DNA of 64,000 nt from Actinomycetales bacterium (lineage in GTDB: Bacteria; Actinomycetota; Actinomycetes; Actinomycetales; CAWJMD01). The notes below the pieces were generated by a model that was not told the origin of the DNA, searched no databases, and saw only the letters and a program-made list of their open reading frames with translations. The stretch is taken from NCBI GenBank assembly GCA_047974565.1, contig JBKECN010000034.1, positions 128,760 through 192,759 of the forward strand, read 5' to 3'. The translations under genes were made by a program, and so were the position numbers. This document shows positions 1 to 11,519 of the stretch, one piece after another. Each line of letters starts with the position of its first letter. Position 1 is the first letter of the stretch.

Positions 1-1
1 C

Positions 2-1759
2 GTGCTGATCAACCCCGACGCTGAAAGCGATCGATGGGGTAATGACCTGTTCCCAAAGGACTTCATTATCAGCCTTCCGAGACCAGCCACATATGTCGGA
101 GCGGAGCGAGTTTTCGGCCGCCCCGCCTTGGAGCACGAAGACCAGGGAGTCACAGGCCTGGACGTGGTTCGTATCGTACCGGACAGCGAGATCTCTGACT
201 TGGTCCCTAGGGGTAAGGCCGCCTTGGCTTCGTGGGAGCCCACCGTCACTGAAACCCTTCGAGCGGCTATGCTCGACTGGGTACTCGCGACCGCAGGCAA
301 GATCCACCGACTTGGTGATGGCATCTCCACCATGTTGGTTCACACGACTCAGCGAATCGCGCAGCAAAATGAACTGGCCGCGGCGATCAGTGGCGAAATG
401 AAGTTGATCCGACAGAGGTGGCGATTCGATCGAGAGTCACTTAGGCCCGAGCTGCTTGAGCGTTGGAACCGCGACTTCCGACCAGTCACAGTAAGCATGG
501 ACGCCTCACTCGACGCTCGCTTCGGCGAGATTGAACCCCACATCGACGACCTGCTCGAACGGGCAGACGGACTCCGCATGCTCGTTCTCAACAGCGAGAG
601 TCCCGATCTCCTCGACTACGAAGCAGATCCACGACTCAAGGTGCTTCTCATTGGCGGCAACCGGCTCAGCCGAGGGCTCACACTCGAAGACTTGACCGTG
701 TCGTTCTACGTCCGTGAGGCGGCGACCTACGACACCCTGCTCCAGATGGGCCGTTGGTTCGGCTACCGAGGCAAATTTATTGACCTTACTCGATTGTGGA
801 CAACTGGAGAGCTAGTCGCGCGTTTTCGCCACCTCTCACTGGTGGAGGAGGATTTGCGAGACCAGATTAAGATCTATGAGCGTGAGAACCTCACACCCGT
901 CCAAATAGCCCCCAAGATCAGGGCCCACCCGGATATGCTGGTCGTGGCTAAGAACCGGATGGGGAGCGCCGAGTCTGTGCGGCAGTCCTATTCCGGCGAG
1001 CTCATCCAGATGACCCGGTTCAAGCTCGACGACGATGAGTGGCTGGAGCACAACCTGACCATCACTCGTGAACTGGTGAGCGCACTGGGACGACCCAACG
1101 GCGTACCGAACGGTCGTGTGGAGCGACCGGCTTGGTCTGATGTACCGTGGGGATACATCGAAGGGTTTCTGCAACGGTTTCGGACCGCGCAGGACGCCAT
1201 GTCCTTCGACGCCGACACAGCAGCACGCTATATCCGTCGTCAGGCGGAACGCCACGGTGAACTGACTAGCTGGTCTGTGGCGGTACAATGCGGCATTCAA
1301 TTGGATTCGACACTTGGCCGATGCAATTTGGGGTTGTCACGCGGCCCGGTCCCGGCGATCGGCCGCAGTCGCCTGAAAGCGGACCCACGATCAATCGGTG
1401 CATTAGTGAGTCCCGCACGCGAGAACAACCTCGCTGCGGCGGATGAGTCGGCGGATCTCACGTCAATTGAGATCGCACGAGCTGCGAAGCTAAGTGACAC
1501 CTTTCCCACCCGTGGTCACGCGCTGCGCTGGCAACGACCGAGCACGCGCGGGCTGCTCCTGATCTACCCCATTAGCCCCTCCTCAAGACCGGGTCCCAAT
1601 GCTAAGAACCGCGAGCCACTATTCGATGACAGTGTAGGCCGACCCCACGTGATCGGAATCGCACTTTCCTTCCCCCCTTCCTACACAGGCGCAACGGTTG
1701 AGTACGTTGCTGGTATGCCGAGCAGCCACGCCGTCAAGCTCGCCGAGGACATCGGTTGA
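2..1759 (+). CDS. Z1 domain protein, C-terminal 585 aa (5' end lies left of the window)
   Basis: The frame is open from the window edge. It contains GGNRLSRGLTLEDLTVSFYVREAATYDTLLQMGRWFGYRGKFIDLTRLW, the helicase-C-like signature block of Z1 domain proteins found in DNA-modification/restriction cassettes. The stop TGA 1757-1759 overlaps the next start (TGATG). Confidence 0.8.
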   Translation: MLINPDAESDRWGNDLFPKDFIISLPRPATYVGAERVFGRPALEHEDQGVTGLDVVRIVPDSEISDLVPRGKAALASWEPTVTETLRAAMLDWVLATAGKIHRLGDGISTMLVHTTQRIAQQNELAAAISGEMKLIRQRWRFDRESLRPELLERWNRDFRPVTVSMDASLDARFGEIEPHIDDLLERADGLRMLVLNSESPDLLDYEADPRLKVLLIGGNRLSRGLTLEDLTVSFYVREAATYDTLLQMGRWFGYRGKFIDLTRLWTTGELVARFRHLSLVEEDLRDQIKIYERENLTPVQIAPKIRAHPDMLVVAKNRMGSAESVRQSYSGELIQMTRFKLDDDEWLEHNLTITRELVSALGRPNGVPNGRVERPAWSDVPWGYIEGFLQRFRTAQDAMSFDADTAARYIRRQAERHGELTSWSVAVQCGIQLDSTLGRCNLGLSRGPVPAIGRSRLKADPRSIGALVSPARENNLAAADESADLTSIEIARAAKLSDTFPTRGHALRWQRPSTRGLLLIYPISPSSRPGPNAKNREPLFDDSVGRPHVIGIALSFPPSYTGATVEYVAGMPSSHAVKLAEDIG

Positions 1760-2745
1760 TGAGCGCTGACACTGAGGCTGCCTGGGCAGCACTCTCTATC
1801 CCGACTCGTGGACTGTCAGCGCTGTTACATCCCGATAGCAGGGAGGTGTGGCTTGCCATCGACGACCGTGGCAGGCGACATTTGCTGGTCGACGCATCTG
1901 GCGCTAACCCTGGCCATGTCTTGGTCAGCACCCACGGACTCAGAGCCGAGACCACGGAAATCTCCGTTGAGAGTGGGCCGCTGAGGGTCTGGGCCGACAT
2001 CGCATGCGTCGACAGCAGCCTTAATCAGACGTTCGTTGCAGTTGCCGAGGATCTTGTTGCCAACGTCACTGTCGCTCAAACACCTCTGGAAGCCGTCAAA
2101 CGGACCCTGCGCACCTGGCGCTGGTTCTGGGGGATCGATCCCAGTCAGATGTCTGACGCTGCCATGCTTGGCCTGTTCGGCGAGATGTGGTTTTTGGACC
2201 GTTGGGCACCGCTCCCAGCCGCCGTCAACGCTTGGCACGGGCCTGCTGGCCTTCGTCACGACTTCTCAAGCGCCGCCGTCTCTGTCGAGGTCAAGGCCAC
2301 GAGTGCTGGCGCCGCCGGCGCGCCGCGACACAGAATCGCGACGCTCGACCAACTGGACGATCCAGAGAGCGGCGAGTTGTACCTGTTCAGCGTGCACGCA
2401 ATTCCCGAGCCCAGTGCCGGTAACACACTGGCCGCCGTTGTTCAGCGGGTACGCTCCCGCGTTGCCAGCGATCCAGGCCTGCTCGATCTACTCGACCGAA
2501 GGCTTGCCCTCGCGGGCTGGTCTCCAGCCATCAACACCCATCAGCAGGTGGGGTACCGCGTCGCAGCGGAACGCCTCTATGTGATCAGCGACGAGTTCCC
2601 GCGCCTCACCCGAAACAGCTTTGTCCCGGGTCCCCCACCTGGTATCGACGACGTCAGTTACACGGTTGACCTCGCAGTCTGTGCCGAGTGGCTCATAGCA
2701 ACCGCGCCGGAGGACGCCTCCGAGAGGCTGCGAGGGTTGACTTGA
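1759..2745 (+). CDS. PD-(D/E)XK motif nuclease-like protein
   Basis: ATG 1759 overlaps the upstream stop. The core RHDF...VSVEVKAT fits the D...(D/E)xK nuclease motif. A position directly after a Z1 gene is the usual arrangement. The family call is from memory and was not searched. Confidence 0.6.
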   Translation: MSADTEAAWAALSIPTRGLSALLHPDSREVWLAIDDRGRRHLLVDASGANPGHVLVSTHGLRAETTEISVESGPLRVWADIACVDSSLNQTFVAVAEDLVANVTVAQTPLEAVKRTLRTWRWFWGIDPSQMSDAAMLGLFGEMWFLDRWAPLPAAVNAWHGPAGLRHDFSSAAVSVEVKATSAGAAGAPRHRIATLDQLDDPESGELYLFSVHAIPEPSAGNTLAAVVQRVRSRVASDPGLLDLLDRRLALAGWSPAINTHQQVGYRVAAERLYVISDEFPRLTRNSFVPGPPPGIDDVSYTVDLAVCAEWLIATAPEDASERLRGLT

Positions 2746-3449
2746 GTATTCGACCACAATCAATTGAGTCACTCACTCTGGCTCGGCATGACCAAAGCGA
2801 CTATCGGGTCACCATCTGGGCCGAAGGCATCGCTCGCCTCGATGGACACACCGGCATCCGACAGGGGGCCTGGGAAAGTCACTTTGACCCAGATTGGTTC
2901 TCGTGGATCGCCAACCACGCAAGGAATATTGAGCCTCGCAAGGTAAAGGCAAATGACTCGGTCGTGACGCTCGTGGTGGAAACCGCACGGGGCCGCTTCA
3001 TATATGAGTCTGGTGCGGCTAGTCAGTCCGAGTCCTTTTGGCTGCTAGCCACATTACTCGAGGGCGTGACGCATCGAGTAGGTTGGATACCCCTCGATGT
3101 CACGGGGGCCAGCGACTTCGCCCGCTGGGCCACCGGCGTTTCGGTGTGGCTGAATCAAGGACGGGCAATCGCGTCCGGCTTCGCCGCTAACGGATCGGTC
3201 GTTGTCCTCGCGGGCGGCCAGGCAAGCACGACAACGTCACAATCACTGGGGGAGCACTACAAAAAGATGCGAACAGAACTAATCGATGACGGTACATTCT
3301 CCATCCATGGCGACCACTTTAGGATTACTCGCCATCTGCATTTCGCGTCACCGTCCGCGGCCGCGAGCGTGCTCGTGGGCTCGAACACCAGCGGGCCCAG
3401 CGTATGGCGAGACTCGAGTGGGCACACGTGGTCTGAACTCGATCTTTGA
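2688..3449 (+). CDS. DUF4357-containing protein (third gene of the Z1 cassette)
   Basis: The C-terminal block GSVVVLAGGQAS...LIDDGTF...HFRITRHLHFASPSAAASVLVGSNTSGPSVWRDSSGHTWSEL fits the DUF4357 pattern. The N-terminal ~150 aa are unassigned. The start is ambiguous: ATG 2688 (58-nt overlap) or TTG 2742 overlapping the upstream stop (TTGA). Confidence 0.6.
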   Translation: MAHSNRAGGRLREAARVDLSIRPQSIESLTLARHDQSDYRVTIWAEGIARLDGHTGIRQGAWESHFDPDWFSWIANHARNIEPRKVKANDSVVTLVVETARGRFIYESGAASQSESFWLLATLLEGVTHRVGWIPLDVTGASDFARWATGVSVWLNQGRAIASGFAANGSVVVLAGGQASTTTSQSLGEHYKKMRTELIDDGTFSIHGDHFRITRHLHFASPSAAASVLVGSNTSGPSVWRDSSGHTWSELDL

Positions 3450-3552
3450 ATCCTTATTGGTGCCGCCCATGATATGCTCGCTGAGAAACGATTATTTCAT
3501 GGTTAAGGTAATTTTCGACATGGAGTTTCTCGCTGGTAGGGCTTTTAAGCGG

Positions 3553-3560
3553 TCAAAGTC
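3553..3560. repeat. Target-site duplication (left copy)
   Basis: TCAAAGTC lies immediately outside the left inverted repeat and is identical to 4971-4978. ISL3 elements make 8-bp duplications. Confidence 0.9.
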
Positions 3561-3587
3561 GGCCCTACTGACGGTTGTGTGGGTGGT
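3561..3587. repeat. ISL3 left terminal inverted repeat
   Basis: GGCCCTACTGACGGTTGTGTGGGTGGT is the exact reverse complement of 4944-4970. Confidence 0.95.
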
Positions 3588-3588
3588 T

Positions 3589-4956
3589 TTATTTGGTGTT
3601 GGTGACTGTTATTTGGGTGGGTAGGGGTGGGCATAGGCCGCTGCGGGTGAGCATGGCCATGGAGATGAGGGCGTGTGGGGTGTGGTAGCCGTTGGCTCGT
3701 TTGGTCAGGGCCCGTAGGTGGGTGTTGGTGGCTTCGCAGCGGGCGTTGGACAGGCCGTGGTCGAGGGTGTTGGTGATCAGTGGCAGGTGGCGGCGGAGTG
3801 TGGCGGCGAGGCGGACCAGGGCGGGCTGGTGGGAGTGGGCGGCCCAGGAGATGGCGCCGATGAGGTAGCGGCGCCCGTCGCGGCCTTTGAGTCGGAACAC
3901 GTTGCGGAGTTGTTCCTTGATCAGGTAGGCGGTGTAGAGGGGGGAGTTGATGGCGCGCAGGTCGGCCAGGGTCTGTTTCTGGGTGAGGGTGAGGTCGACG
4001 GGGTTCTTCACCAATGCCCACCGGGTGCCTTTGAGGTTGGCTGCCCGGGCGTGATGGCCTGCCCGGCGCAGGCGGTTCCACAGGTCGCGGCGGACCTGGT
4101 CCAGGGCGTCGTTGACCCACATGATCACGTGGAACGGGTCCAGGCAGAGCACTGCCTGCGGGGCGTGGGCGGCGACGGGTGCGTGTATCCAGTCGGCGCC
4201 ATCGGCCGAAACGTGGGTGAGTCGTTTCGCGCGGTCGGGGCCCAGCTCGGTGAAGAACGCCTCGACCGTGGCGGCGTTGCGTCCCGGCCGGGCCCAGATC
4301 AGGCGGCCGGTGTCGTGATCGATGACGCACACCAGGTACCGGTGGCCCTTGCGGTAGGCGATCTCATCGATCCCGATCCGGGTCACCCCCTCCAGCAGAT
4401 CCACCCGCCCCGACGCCTCGCGGACCACCCGGTCCACCACCGCGGTCACCGTCCGCCACGCCACCCGCAGCACCGCCGCCACCGTCGAGGCCGGTGCATG
4501 GGCAACCAGCCACGCCACCATGTCCTCAAACCCGCGGGTGTGTTTAGCACCCGGACGGGCCCACGGCACCTGCGCGACCACCACCCCATGCTCACCGCAC
4601 CGCACCCGCGGGGCGTCGGCCTCCAGGAACACCTTCATCACCCCGTGATCCAGGCTCCGCCACCGACGCCGGCCCCGGCCCTGGTCATAGCCCGCACACC
4701 GGACCCCACACCGTGCACACTGGCCCCGAGCCCCGAACCTGACCCGGACCGAGACCACCACCACCCGGCCCCCGACCACCCGCTCGTCATCCTCCAGATC
4801 CACACTCTCGACCACCAACCCGGGCACCCCGAGCATCGCCTGCCATACCCTGGACTCGCGCACGCCGTCGCCTTCCCACGATCCCGACCTTGACACTCGG
4901 AACCGTAACCAGGCCACGGCGTGTCGCACACCCCCCACCAACCACCACCCACACAA
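3589..4956 (-). CDS. ISL3 family transposase
   Basis: The 455-aa ORF has typical ISL3 blocks: CARCG zinc-finger-like N-terminus, IGIDEIAYRKGHRYLVCVIDHDTGRLIW, LCLDPFHVIMW, LSNARCEATNTHLRALTKRANGY. ATG 4956 lies inside the right inverted repeat, so a downstream start (MLGVPGL, 4836) is possible. Confidence 0.92.
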   Translation of the reverse strand: MCGWWLVGGVRHAVAWLRFRVSRSGSWEGDGVRESRVWQAMLGVPGLVVESVDLEDDERVVGGRVVVVSVRVRFGARGQCARCGVRCAGYDQGRGRRRWRSLDHGVMKVFLEADAPRVRCGEHGVVVAQVPWARPGAKHTRGFEDMVAWLVAHAPASTVAAVLRVAWRTVTAVVDRVVREASGRVDLLEGVTRIGIDEIAYRKGHRYLVCVIDHDTGRLIWARPGRNAATVEAFFTELGPDRAKRLTHVSADGADWIHAPVAAHAPQAVLCLDPFHVIMWVNDALDQVRRDLWNRLRRAGHHARAANLKGTRWALVKNPVDLTLTQKQTLADLRAINSPLYTAYLIKEQLRNVFRLKGRDGRRYLIGAISWAAHSHQPALVRLAATLRRHLPLITNTLDHGLSNARCEATNTHLRALTKRANGYHTPHALISMAMLTRSGLCPPLPTQITVTNTK

Positions 4957-4970
4957 CCGTCAGTAGGGCC
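4944..4970. repeat. ISL3 right terminal inverted repeat
   Basis: ACCACCCACACAACCGTCAGTAGGGCC is the exact reverse complement of 3561-3587. Confidence 0.95.
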
Positions 4971-4978
4971 TCAAAGTC
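4971..4978. repeat. Target-site duplication (right copy)
   Basis: TCAAAGTC lies immediately outside the right inverted repeat. Confidence 0.9.
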
Positions 4979-5276
4979 CGGGTCAGATTCCTTTAGCAGC
5001 GCCTCTGCGATGGTGGGTGGGGTTCTCGGAAGCTGGGGCCGCTGAGGGTTCAAGCAACCCGACCATCACATTTTCGGCGCCTTCAGGCGTTCCAGATCGG
5101 TCCAGGCAGGGCGCAAGAAGCGAAGGCCGCTGACACCCGATCCCGGGCGAGCTACGAAGCCACCCCTGTGGCAGGCCCCCGGCTGACGCCAGCAGGCCTG
5201 CCCAAGGCCGCCCCGTCCGGAGGCCCACAGCGGGCCCCGGCACCGCTGACGGGGCCGCAATGCGCTCCCGAAGGCT

Positions 5277-7151
<1,875 letters not shown>

Positions 7152-7368
7152 CTAGAGCAGACCCTCGTCGCGGCAGCCAAGGAGCAGCGCCTGGGACACG
7201 CTGCCCACAGTACCGCACGTGGCCCGCGCACAGGTGGAGGTCCAGCAGGCTGGTGGCAAAGACCCGTCGATGGCGATGCCCGGACGTGCTCGCCACGCTG
7301 TCGGCGCGGTTCAGACGCACCCGAATCCCTCGCCGGGGTGCGGCCAGGTGGGTGGGTGGTCACACCCG

Positions 7369-8841
7369 CTACCCGCGCGACAGCCCAGACGCCTCCTCTG
7401 ACACCGTCGCGAGTGCGGGTAGCCGGACGACGACCTGCGTCCCGGGATCGTCATCGTCGGCGACCCGCACCTGACCGCCGTGGTCGTGGACAACCTTGGC
7501 GACGATGGCCAGGCCCAGACCCGAACCCGGCATGCCCCTGGCCGCCGGTGCCCGGTAGAAGCGTTCGAAAAGGTGGTCCCGATCGCTGGGCGCGATGCCA
7601 GGCCCCTCATCCCGAACTCGCAGTTCCCCCTGCGGTGACAAGCTCACCTCGACCCGACCCCGAGGTGGACTCCATTTGATGGCGTTGTCCAGCAGGTTCG
7701 TGACCATGCGTTCCAGGTCGGTGCGCACGCCCGCGACGAGACAGGAGTCCAGGGCGGGGATCAACTGGACCCCTCGCACGCGGGCCCGTGGCGTGGCCCG
7801 GCGCAGGGCGCTCTCGACCACCTCGGCCAGGTCCACGGTCTGCACGAGGCCGGCGGGCGGCTCACCTCTAGCGAGCACGACGAGATCGTCGACCAGTGCA
7901 GTGAGCTCGCCCGTCTGGCATCGGACGTCGCTGAGCAGGTCGACCCGGTCCTGATCGGACATGTCCGGGTGCGCTGAGAGCACGTCGAGGTTCATCCGCA
8001 AACTGGCCAGGGGTGAGCGGAGTTCGTGCGAGGCGTCGTCGATCAGCCGCTGCCGGGCAGTTGCCGACTCGGCGAGCGAGCGCAGCAGCCCGTTGACGCT
8101 GTGCCCGACACGACCAAGCTCATCGTGCCGGTCGACCGTGATGGACGCGTGCAACGGATCTGATCCGGCGGCCTCGATCTCACGGGTCAACCTCGCCACC
8201 GGCGCCAAGACCACCCGACTGACCGCGAGCGCCAGCAACAGCGCCAGCACGGTCCCGGCGGCGCCGATGATCAGCGACATCGTGCGGAGTCGGTCCAACG
8301 CCGTGTCCAGGGGAGTCAGGTCCACGCCCACGACGACGGCACCAACGCCGCGAACGTGTTCGGCGAGCATCCGGTACCGGGCTCCACCCAAAGACACGTC
8401 GAAGAAGACCTCAGGCGTGGTTCCCGCCGCGACTGCACCGACCGACGCCGGTAGGGGATCTTCGATCGGGTCGCCATCGCCGACTACCAGCGAGAACGGC
8501 AGATCCTGCGCAACTGTGCCCTGCCCGGGGGCCGGTAGCCGCAACGGGCCACCGGCAGTAGGAAGTTCGCCATCCAGGTTCCCGGTCGCCGTTGTGGGTT
8601 CGTCAACCGGTGCCGTGGACTGCGACGACGGCGCCTCGTTCGAGCCGACGCCGTCGCTGCCGGTCAGGGTGTCCCGGCCGACGACGGAGTCCACCTGTGC
8701 GCGCAATCGGGTATCGAGTGCCGCGCGCTGACTCGACTCGAAGGCAGCCGCAACCGAGGCGAGAGTCAGCGCCACCGCAAGGATCACGCACCCCGTGACG
8801 GCGAGCGTGACCATGGTCCTCAGGCTCGCCCGGCCGACCAT
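7369..8841 (-). CDS. Sensor histidine kinase (TM-HAMP-HisKA-HATPase)
   Basis: H-box SHELRSPLASL, N-box LLDNAIKWSP and G-box GSGLGLAIV are present. ATG 8841 is preceded by GGTGAGG and follows the response regulator stop. The ORF track extends to 8904. Confidence 0.9.
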   Translation of the reverse strand: MVGRASLRTMVTLAVTGCVILAVALTLASVAAAFESSQRAALDTRLRAQVDSVVGRDTLTGSDGVGSNEAPSSQSTAPVDEPTTATGNLDGELPTAGGPLRLPAPGQGTVAQDLPFSLVVGDGDPIEDPLPASVGAVAAGTTPEVFFDVSLGGARYRMLAEHVRGVGAVVVGVDLTPLDTALDRLRTMSLIIGAAGTVLALLLALAVSRVVLAPVARLTREIEAAGSDPLHASITVDRHDELGRVGHSVNGLLRSLAESATARQRLIDDASHELRSPLASLRMNLDVLSAHPDMSDQDRVDLLSDVRCQTGELTALVDDLVVLARGEPPAGLVQTVDLAEVVESALRRATPRARVRGVQLIPALDSCLVAGVRTDLERMVTNLLDNAIKWSPPRGRVEVSLSPQGELRVRDEGPGIAPSDRDHLFERFYRAPAARGMPGSGLGLAIVAKVVHDHGGQVRVADDDDPGTQVVVRLPALATVSEEASGLSRG

Positions 8842-8863
8842 GGGGCGCCTCACCGGATTTCCA

Positions 8864-9526
8864 TCAGCGCAACACGAAGCCGACGCCGCGCACCGTGTGC
8901 ACAAGCCGGGAGCCGCCCTCGGCCTCCAACTTGCGGCGCAGTCCGCTGACGAAGACGTCCAGGGTGTTGGAACCGAACTCCCCCGGATGGCCCCAGACTC
9001 CCTCGTAGATCACCCCACGGGTCAGCACGATCCTCGGATTCTCCAAGAACATCCGCAGTAACTCGTACTCGCGAACCGTCAAGCTCAGTTGCCGCGCGCC
9101 GCGCCACACGGTGCGAGTCTGGGAGTCAAGCCTGAGATCGCCGAAGGTCAAGGCTGAACCCGCTCGGGAATCACGCCGGGTCAGAGCCTTCAGCCGAGCC
9201 AAGAGCTCCTCGAAGGCGAAGGGCTTGACGAGGTAGTCGTCGGCACCGGCGTCCAGACCCTCGACGCGGTCAGCGATGGCGTCGGCTGCGGTGAGCATGA
9301 GGATGGGCGTGCGGTCTGCCTGCCTGCGAACCGTCCGACACACAGTCAGGCCGTCGGGGTGGGGCATCCGCACGTCGAGCAGGACCGCATCCACTGAATC
9401 CTTGGCCAGAATCTGCAGCGCCTCGCTTCCGCCGGGCGCGGCAACCACCTCATGCCCGGCCAGGCGAAGACCCCGTTGCAAGGCGGCTCGGACGGCATCG
9501 TCATCGTCAACCACGAGCAAGCGCAT
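8864..9526 (-). CDS. OmpR/PhoB-family response regulator
   Basis: MRLLVVDDDD..., LDVRMPHPDG, ADDYLVKPF, with a winged-helix C-terminus LTVREYELLRMFLENPRIVLTR. The start is taken at MRLLVV (9526). Confidence 0.92.
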   Translation of the reverse strand: MRLLVVDDDDAVRAALQRGLRLAGHEVVAAPGGSEALQILAKDSVDAVLLDVRMPHPDGLTVCRTVRRQADRTPILMLTAADAIADRVEGLDAGADDYLVKPFAFEELLARLKALTRRDSRAGSALTFGDLRLDSQTRTVWRGARQLSLTVREYELLRMFLENPRIVLTRGVIYEGVWGHPGEFGSNTLDVFVSGLRRKLEAEGGSRLVHTVRGVGFVLR

Positions 9527-9642
9527 GGAGTCTCCCCACTGGATCCATACCAACACGGTTAATTGGGATAAAATGCACTGTACTGGGACGTCGCCTCCCT
9601 GCGCGGCGGCTACCCGAGCATTGCCGCAGGGCGGGCCAGCCC

Positions 9643-10797
9643 TCAGGAGCGAAGAGCCAATGCCGGCTCCAGGCGCGCCGCACGAATCGCGGGGTAGCTG
9701 CCTGCCAGCAGGCAGACCATCAGCGAGATCGCCAGTGTCACAGTCGCTGTGGCCGGGTCGATGCTCAACGACCAGCCGTTTCGGGCTGCCGCCACGGCGA
9801 CTGCGGCAACTCCGATGCCGACCCCTGCCAGTGATCCGCCGGTGCCTACCAAGAACGCCTGCAACAGGAACTGTCCGGCAATAGTGGTACGACGATGCCC
9901 TAATGCCCTGCGCAGCCCGATCTCTGCCGTGCGTTGGATCACCGAGATCGTCATGACATTGGCGATTCCCACGCCACCGATGATCATGGCCAGAGCCCCC
10001 ATGCTGATGATCACCAACTGCATTGTCGTGTCCACCTCCGCGCGCGCGGCCAGAAGGCCGGTCGGGATGCTGACGGAAACCGGAGATCCGTACCCATAGG
10101 TGATGGCCAGGTCGAGAGATGCCGACAGCGACTGCGCTGCGCCGGGTTCGGTCCGCACAATGAGGAAAGTGGGTGCCGGATCGGGATCGAAGACGGCTCC
10201 GGCGTCTCGGGTGACCAGCACCGCAGTGTCAAGGACCGGCAGCTGCCCCACCGGCCGGAGCACTCCGACCACGGCAAAGGGCTTGCCTCCCACCAGGACG
10301 GATCGGACCTCCCAGTCGAGGATTCCCAGCCGACGAGCCGATTCGGCTCCGAGTACGACCGATCTCAAGGACGCGTCGTCCTCGGTGAGAAAGCGTCCCC
10401 AGGCCAGCGAGGCGGCACCCACCTTCATCATCTCCTGGTCGGTGCTCACCACCTGAAGAGATCTGACATCCAGATTCTGGTCAACTTCGCCAGATCTGGC
10501 GACGCTGACCTTCGACAGCACTGTGAGCGGAGCGGCACTGACCACTCCTGGCTGAGCCCGGGCGCGGGCGGCAGCCTCCACGGGGAGCCTTTGCGTGCTG
10601 TCGTTACCACCCGAGCTGACCCACATCAGGTCCGCTCCGAGATCGTTCAAGGCTGTCTGCAGCTGTGCGGTGGCAGACGTGGACAGGCCCAGGGCAGCGA
10701 TGACAGCCGCAACTCCAAGCGCTGGACCCAGACTCAACAGGAGGGCTCGAACCGGCCGGGCTCGCATATCCGCAAGCGCGGTTCTGATCAGGTCCAT
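9643..10797 (-). CDS. ABC transporter permease, FtsX/MacB type
   Basis: N-terminal TM segment, large extracytoplasmic domain and C-terminal FtsX-like 3-TM bundle (RTAEIGLRRALGHRR). Its start overlaps the ATPase stop. Confidence 0.85.
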   Translation of the reverse strand: MDLIRTALADMRARPVRALLLSLGPALGVAAVIAALGLSTSATAQLQTALNDLGADLMWVSSGGNDSTQRLPVEAAARARAQPGVVSAAPLTVLSKVSVARSGEVDQNLDVRSLQVVSTDQEMMKVGAASLAWGRFLTEDDASLRSVVLGAESARRLGILDWEVRSVLVGGKPFAVVGVLRPVGQLPVLDTAVLVTRDAGAVFDPDPAPTFLIVRTEPGAAQSLSASLDLAITYGYGSPVSVSIPTGLLAARAEVDTTMQLVIISMGALAMIIGGVGIANVMTISVIQRTAEIGLRRALGHRRTTIAGQFLLQAFLVGTGGSLAGVGIGVAAVAVAAARNGWSLSIDPATATVTLAISLMVCLLAGSYPAIRAARLEPALALRS

Positions 10798-11519
10798 GGG
10801 CGAGGGCTCCCGTCCTGGCGGCTCGGCGTCATCGGCTGCGAAGACGCGCGAGAGTCGTTGATCACGAGCCCGTCCCGGATCTCGATCCGCCTATCTGCTC
10901 TGGCGGCCAACACCGGGTCGTGGGTGACCAGGATGAGTGTGCGGCGTGGGTCGAGAAAGCGCTCCAATAGATCGATGACGACCGTGGCGCTTGCCGTGTC
11001 GAGGTTCCCGGTGGGTTCGTCGGCCAGCAACAGGGGTGGGTCGGTGACCAACGCCCGCGCGATGGCCACTCGTTGCTGCTCTCCACCCGACAGTTGGGCG
11101 GGCCGATGCTTCATCCGGTGCCCCAGGCCCACTCGCTCCAGCACCTGTGCGGCCAGTTCTCGGCGTCCGCGTGAGGTGATGCCGCGATAGAGCAGGGCGA
11201 GTTCGACGTTGCCGAGCGCGGTCAGTTGATCCAGAAGATGGAACTGCTGAAAGACGAAGCCGATGCAGCGCCCGCGCAGCCGAGTTCGGACAGCGTCACC
11301 CTCGGCCCGCTGACCAGCTATCAGGACGGTCCCGGAGGTGGCCTGATCCAGACAGCCCAGCAAGCCGAGCAGAGTTGACTTGCCCGAACCCGAAGGTCCG
11401 GTGATGGCTACGTACTCCCCCGCCCCGATGGTGAGACTGACGTGCTGGATGGCGGTCACCAATGTCCCGTAACTGCGACTGACGTCGTGCAACTCGACGA
11501 CATTCGTGGCGCCCGTCAT
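10788..11519 (-). CDS. ABC transporter ATP-binding protein (MacB/LolD-like)
   Basis: Walker [12 protein letters not shown], signature [15 protein letters not shown], Walker [17 protein letters not shown] overlap with the upstream gene. Confidence 0.93.
   Translation of the reverse strand: MTGATNVVELHDVSRSYGTLVTAIQHVSLTIGAGEYVAITGPSGSGKSTLLGLLGCLDQATSGTVLIAGQRAEGDAVRTRLRGRCIGFVFQQFHLLDQLTALGNVELALLYRGITSRGRRELAAQVLERVGLGHRMKHRPAQLSGGEQQRVAIARALVTDPPLLLADEPTGNLDTASATVVIDLLERFLDPRRTLILVTHDPVLAARADRRIEIRDGLVINDSRASSQPMTPSRQDGSPRPWT

Larger units (their letters stand above)
3561..4970 (-). mobile_element. Intact ISL3-family insertion sequence (1410 bp)
   Basis: A single transposase ORF is bounded by perfect 27-bp terminal inverted repeats and flanked by an 8-bp direct duplication, TCAAAGTC. 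Confidence 0.92.

Noticed and set aside
7152-7215. Leucine-rich leader peptide upstream of leuA (minus strand GTG GGC AGC GTG TCC CAG GCG CTG CTC CTT GGC ... TAG)
   Set aside because: It has only three consecutive Leu codons, a GTG start without an RBS, and no identifiable terminator/antiterminator pair. It is not distinguishable from chance.
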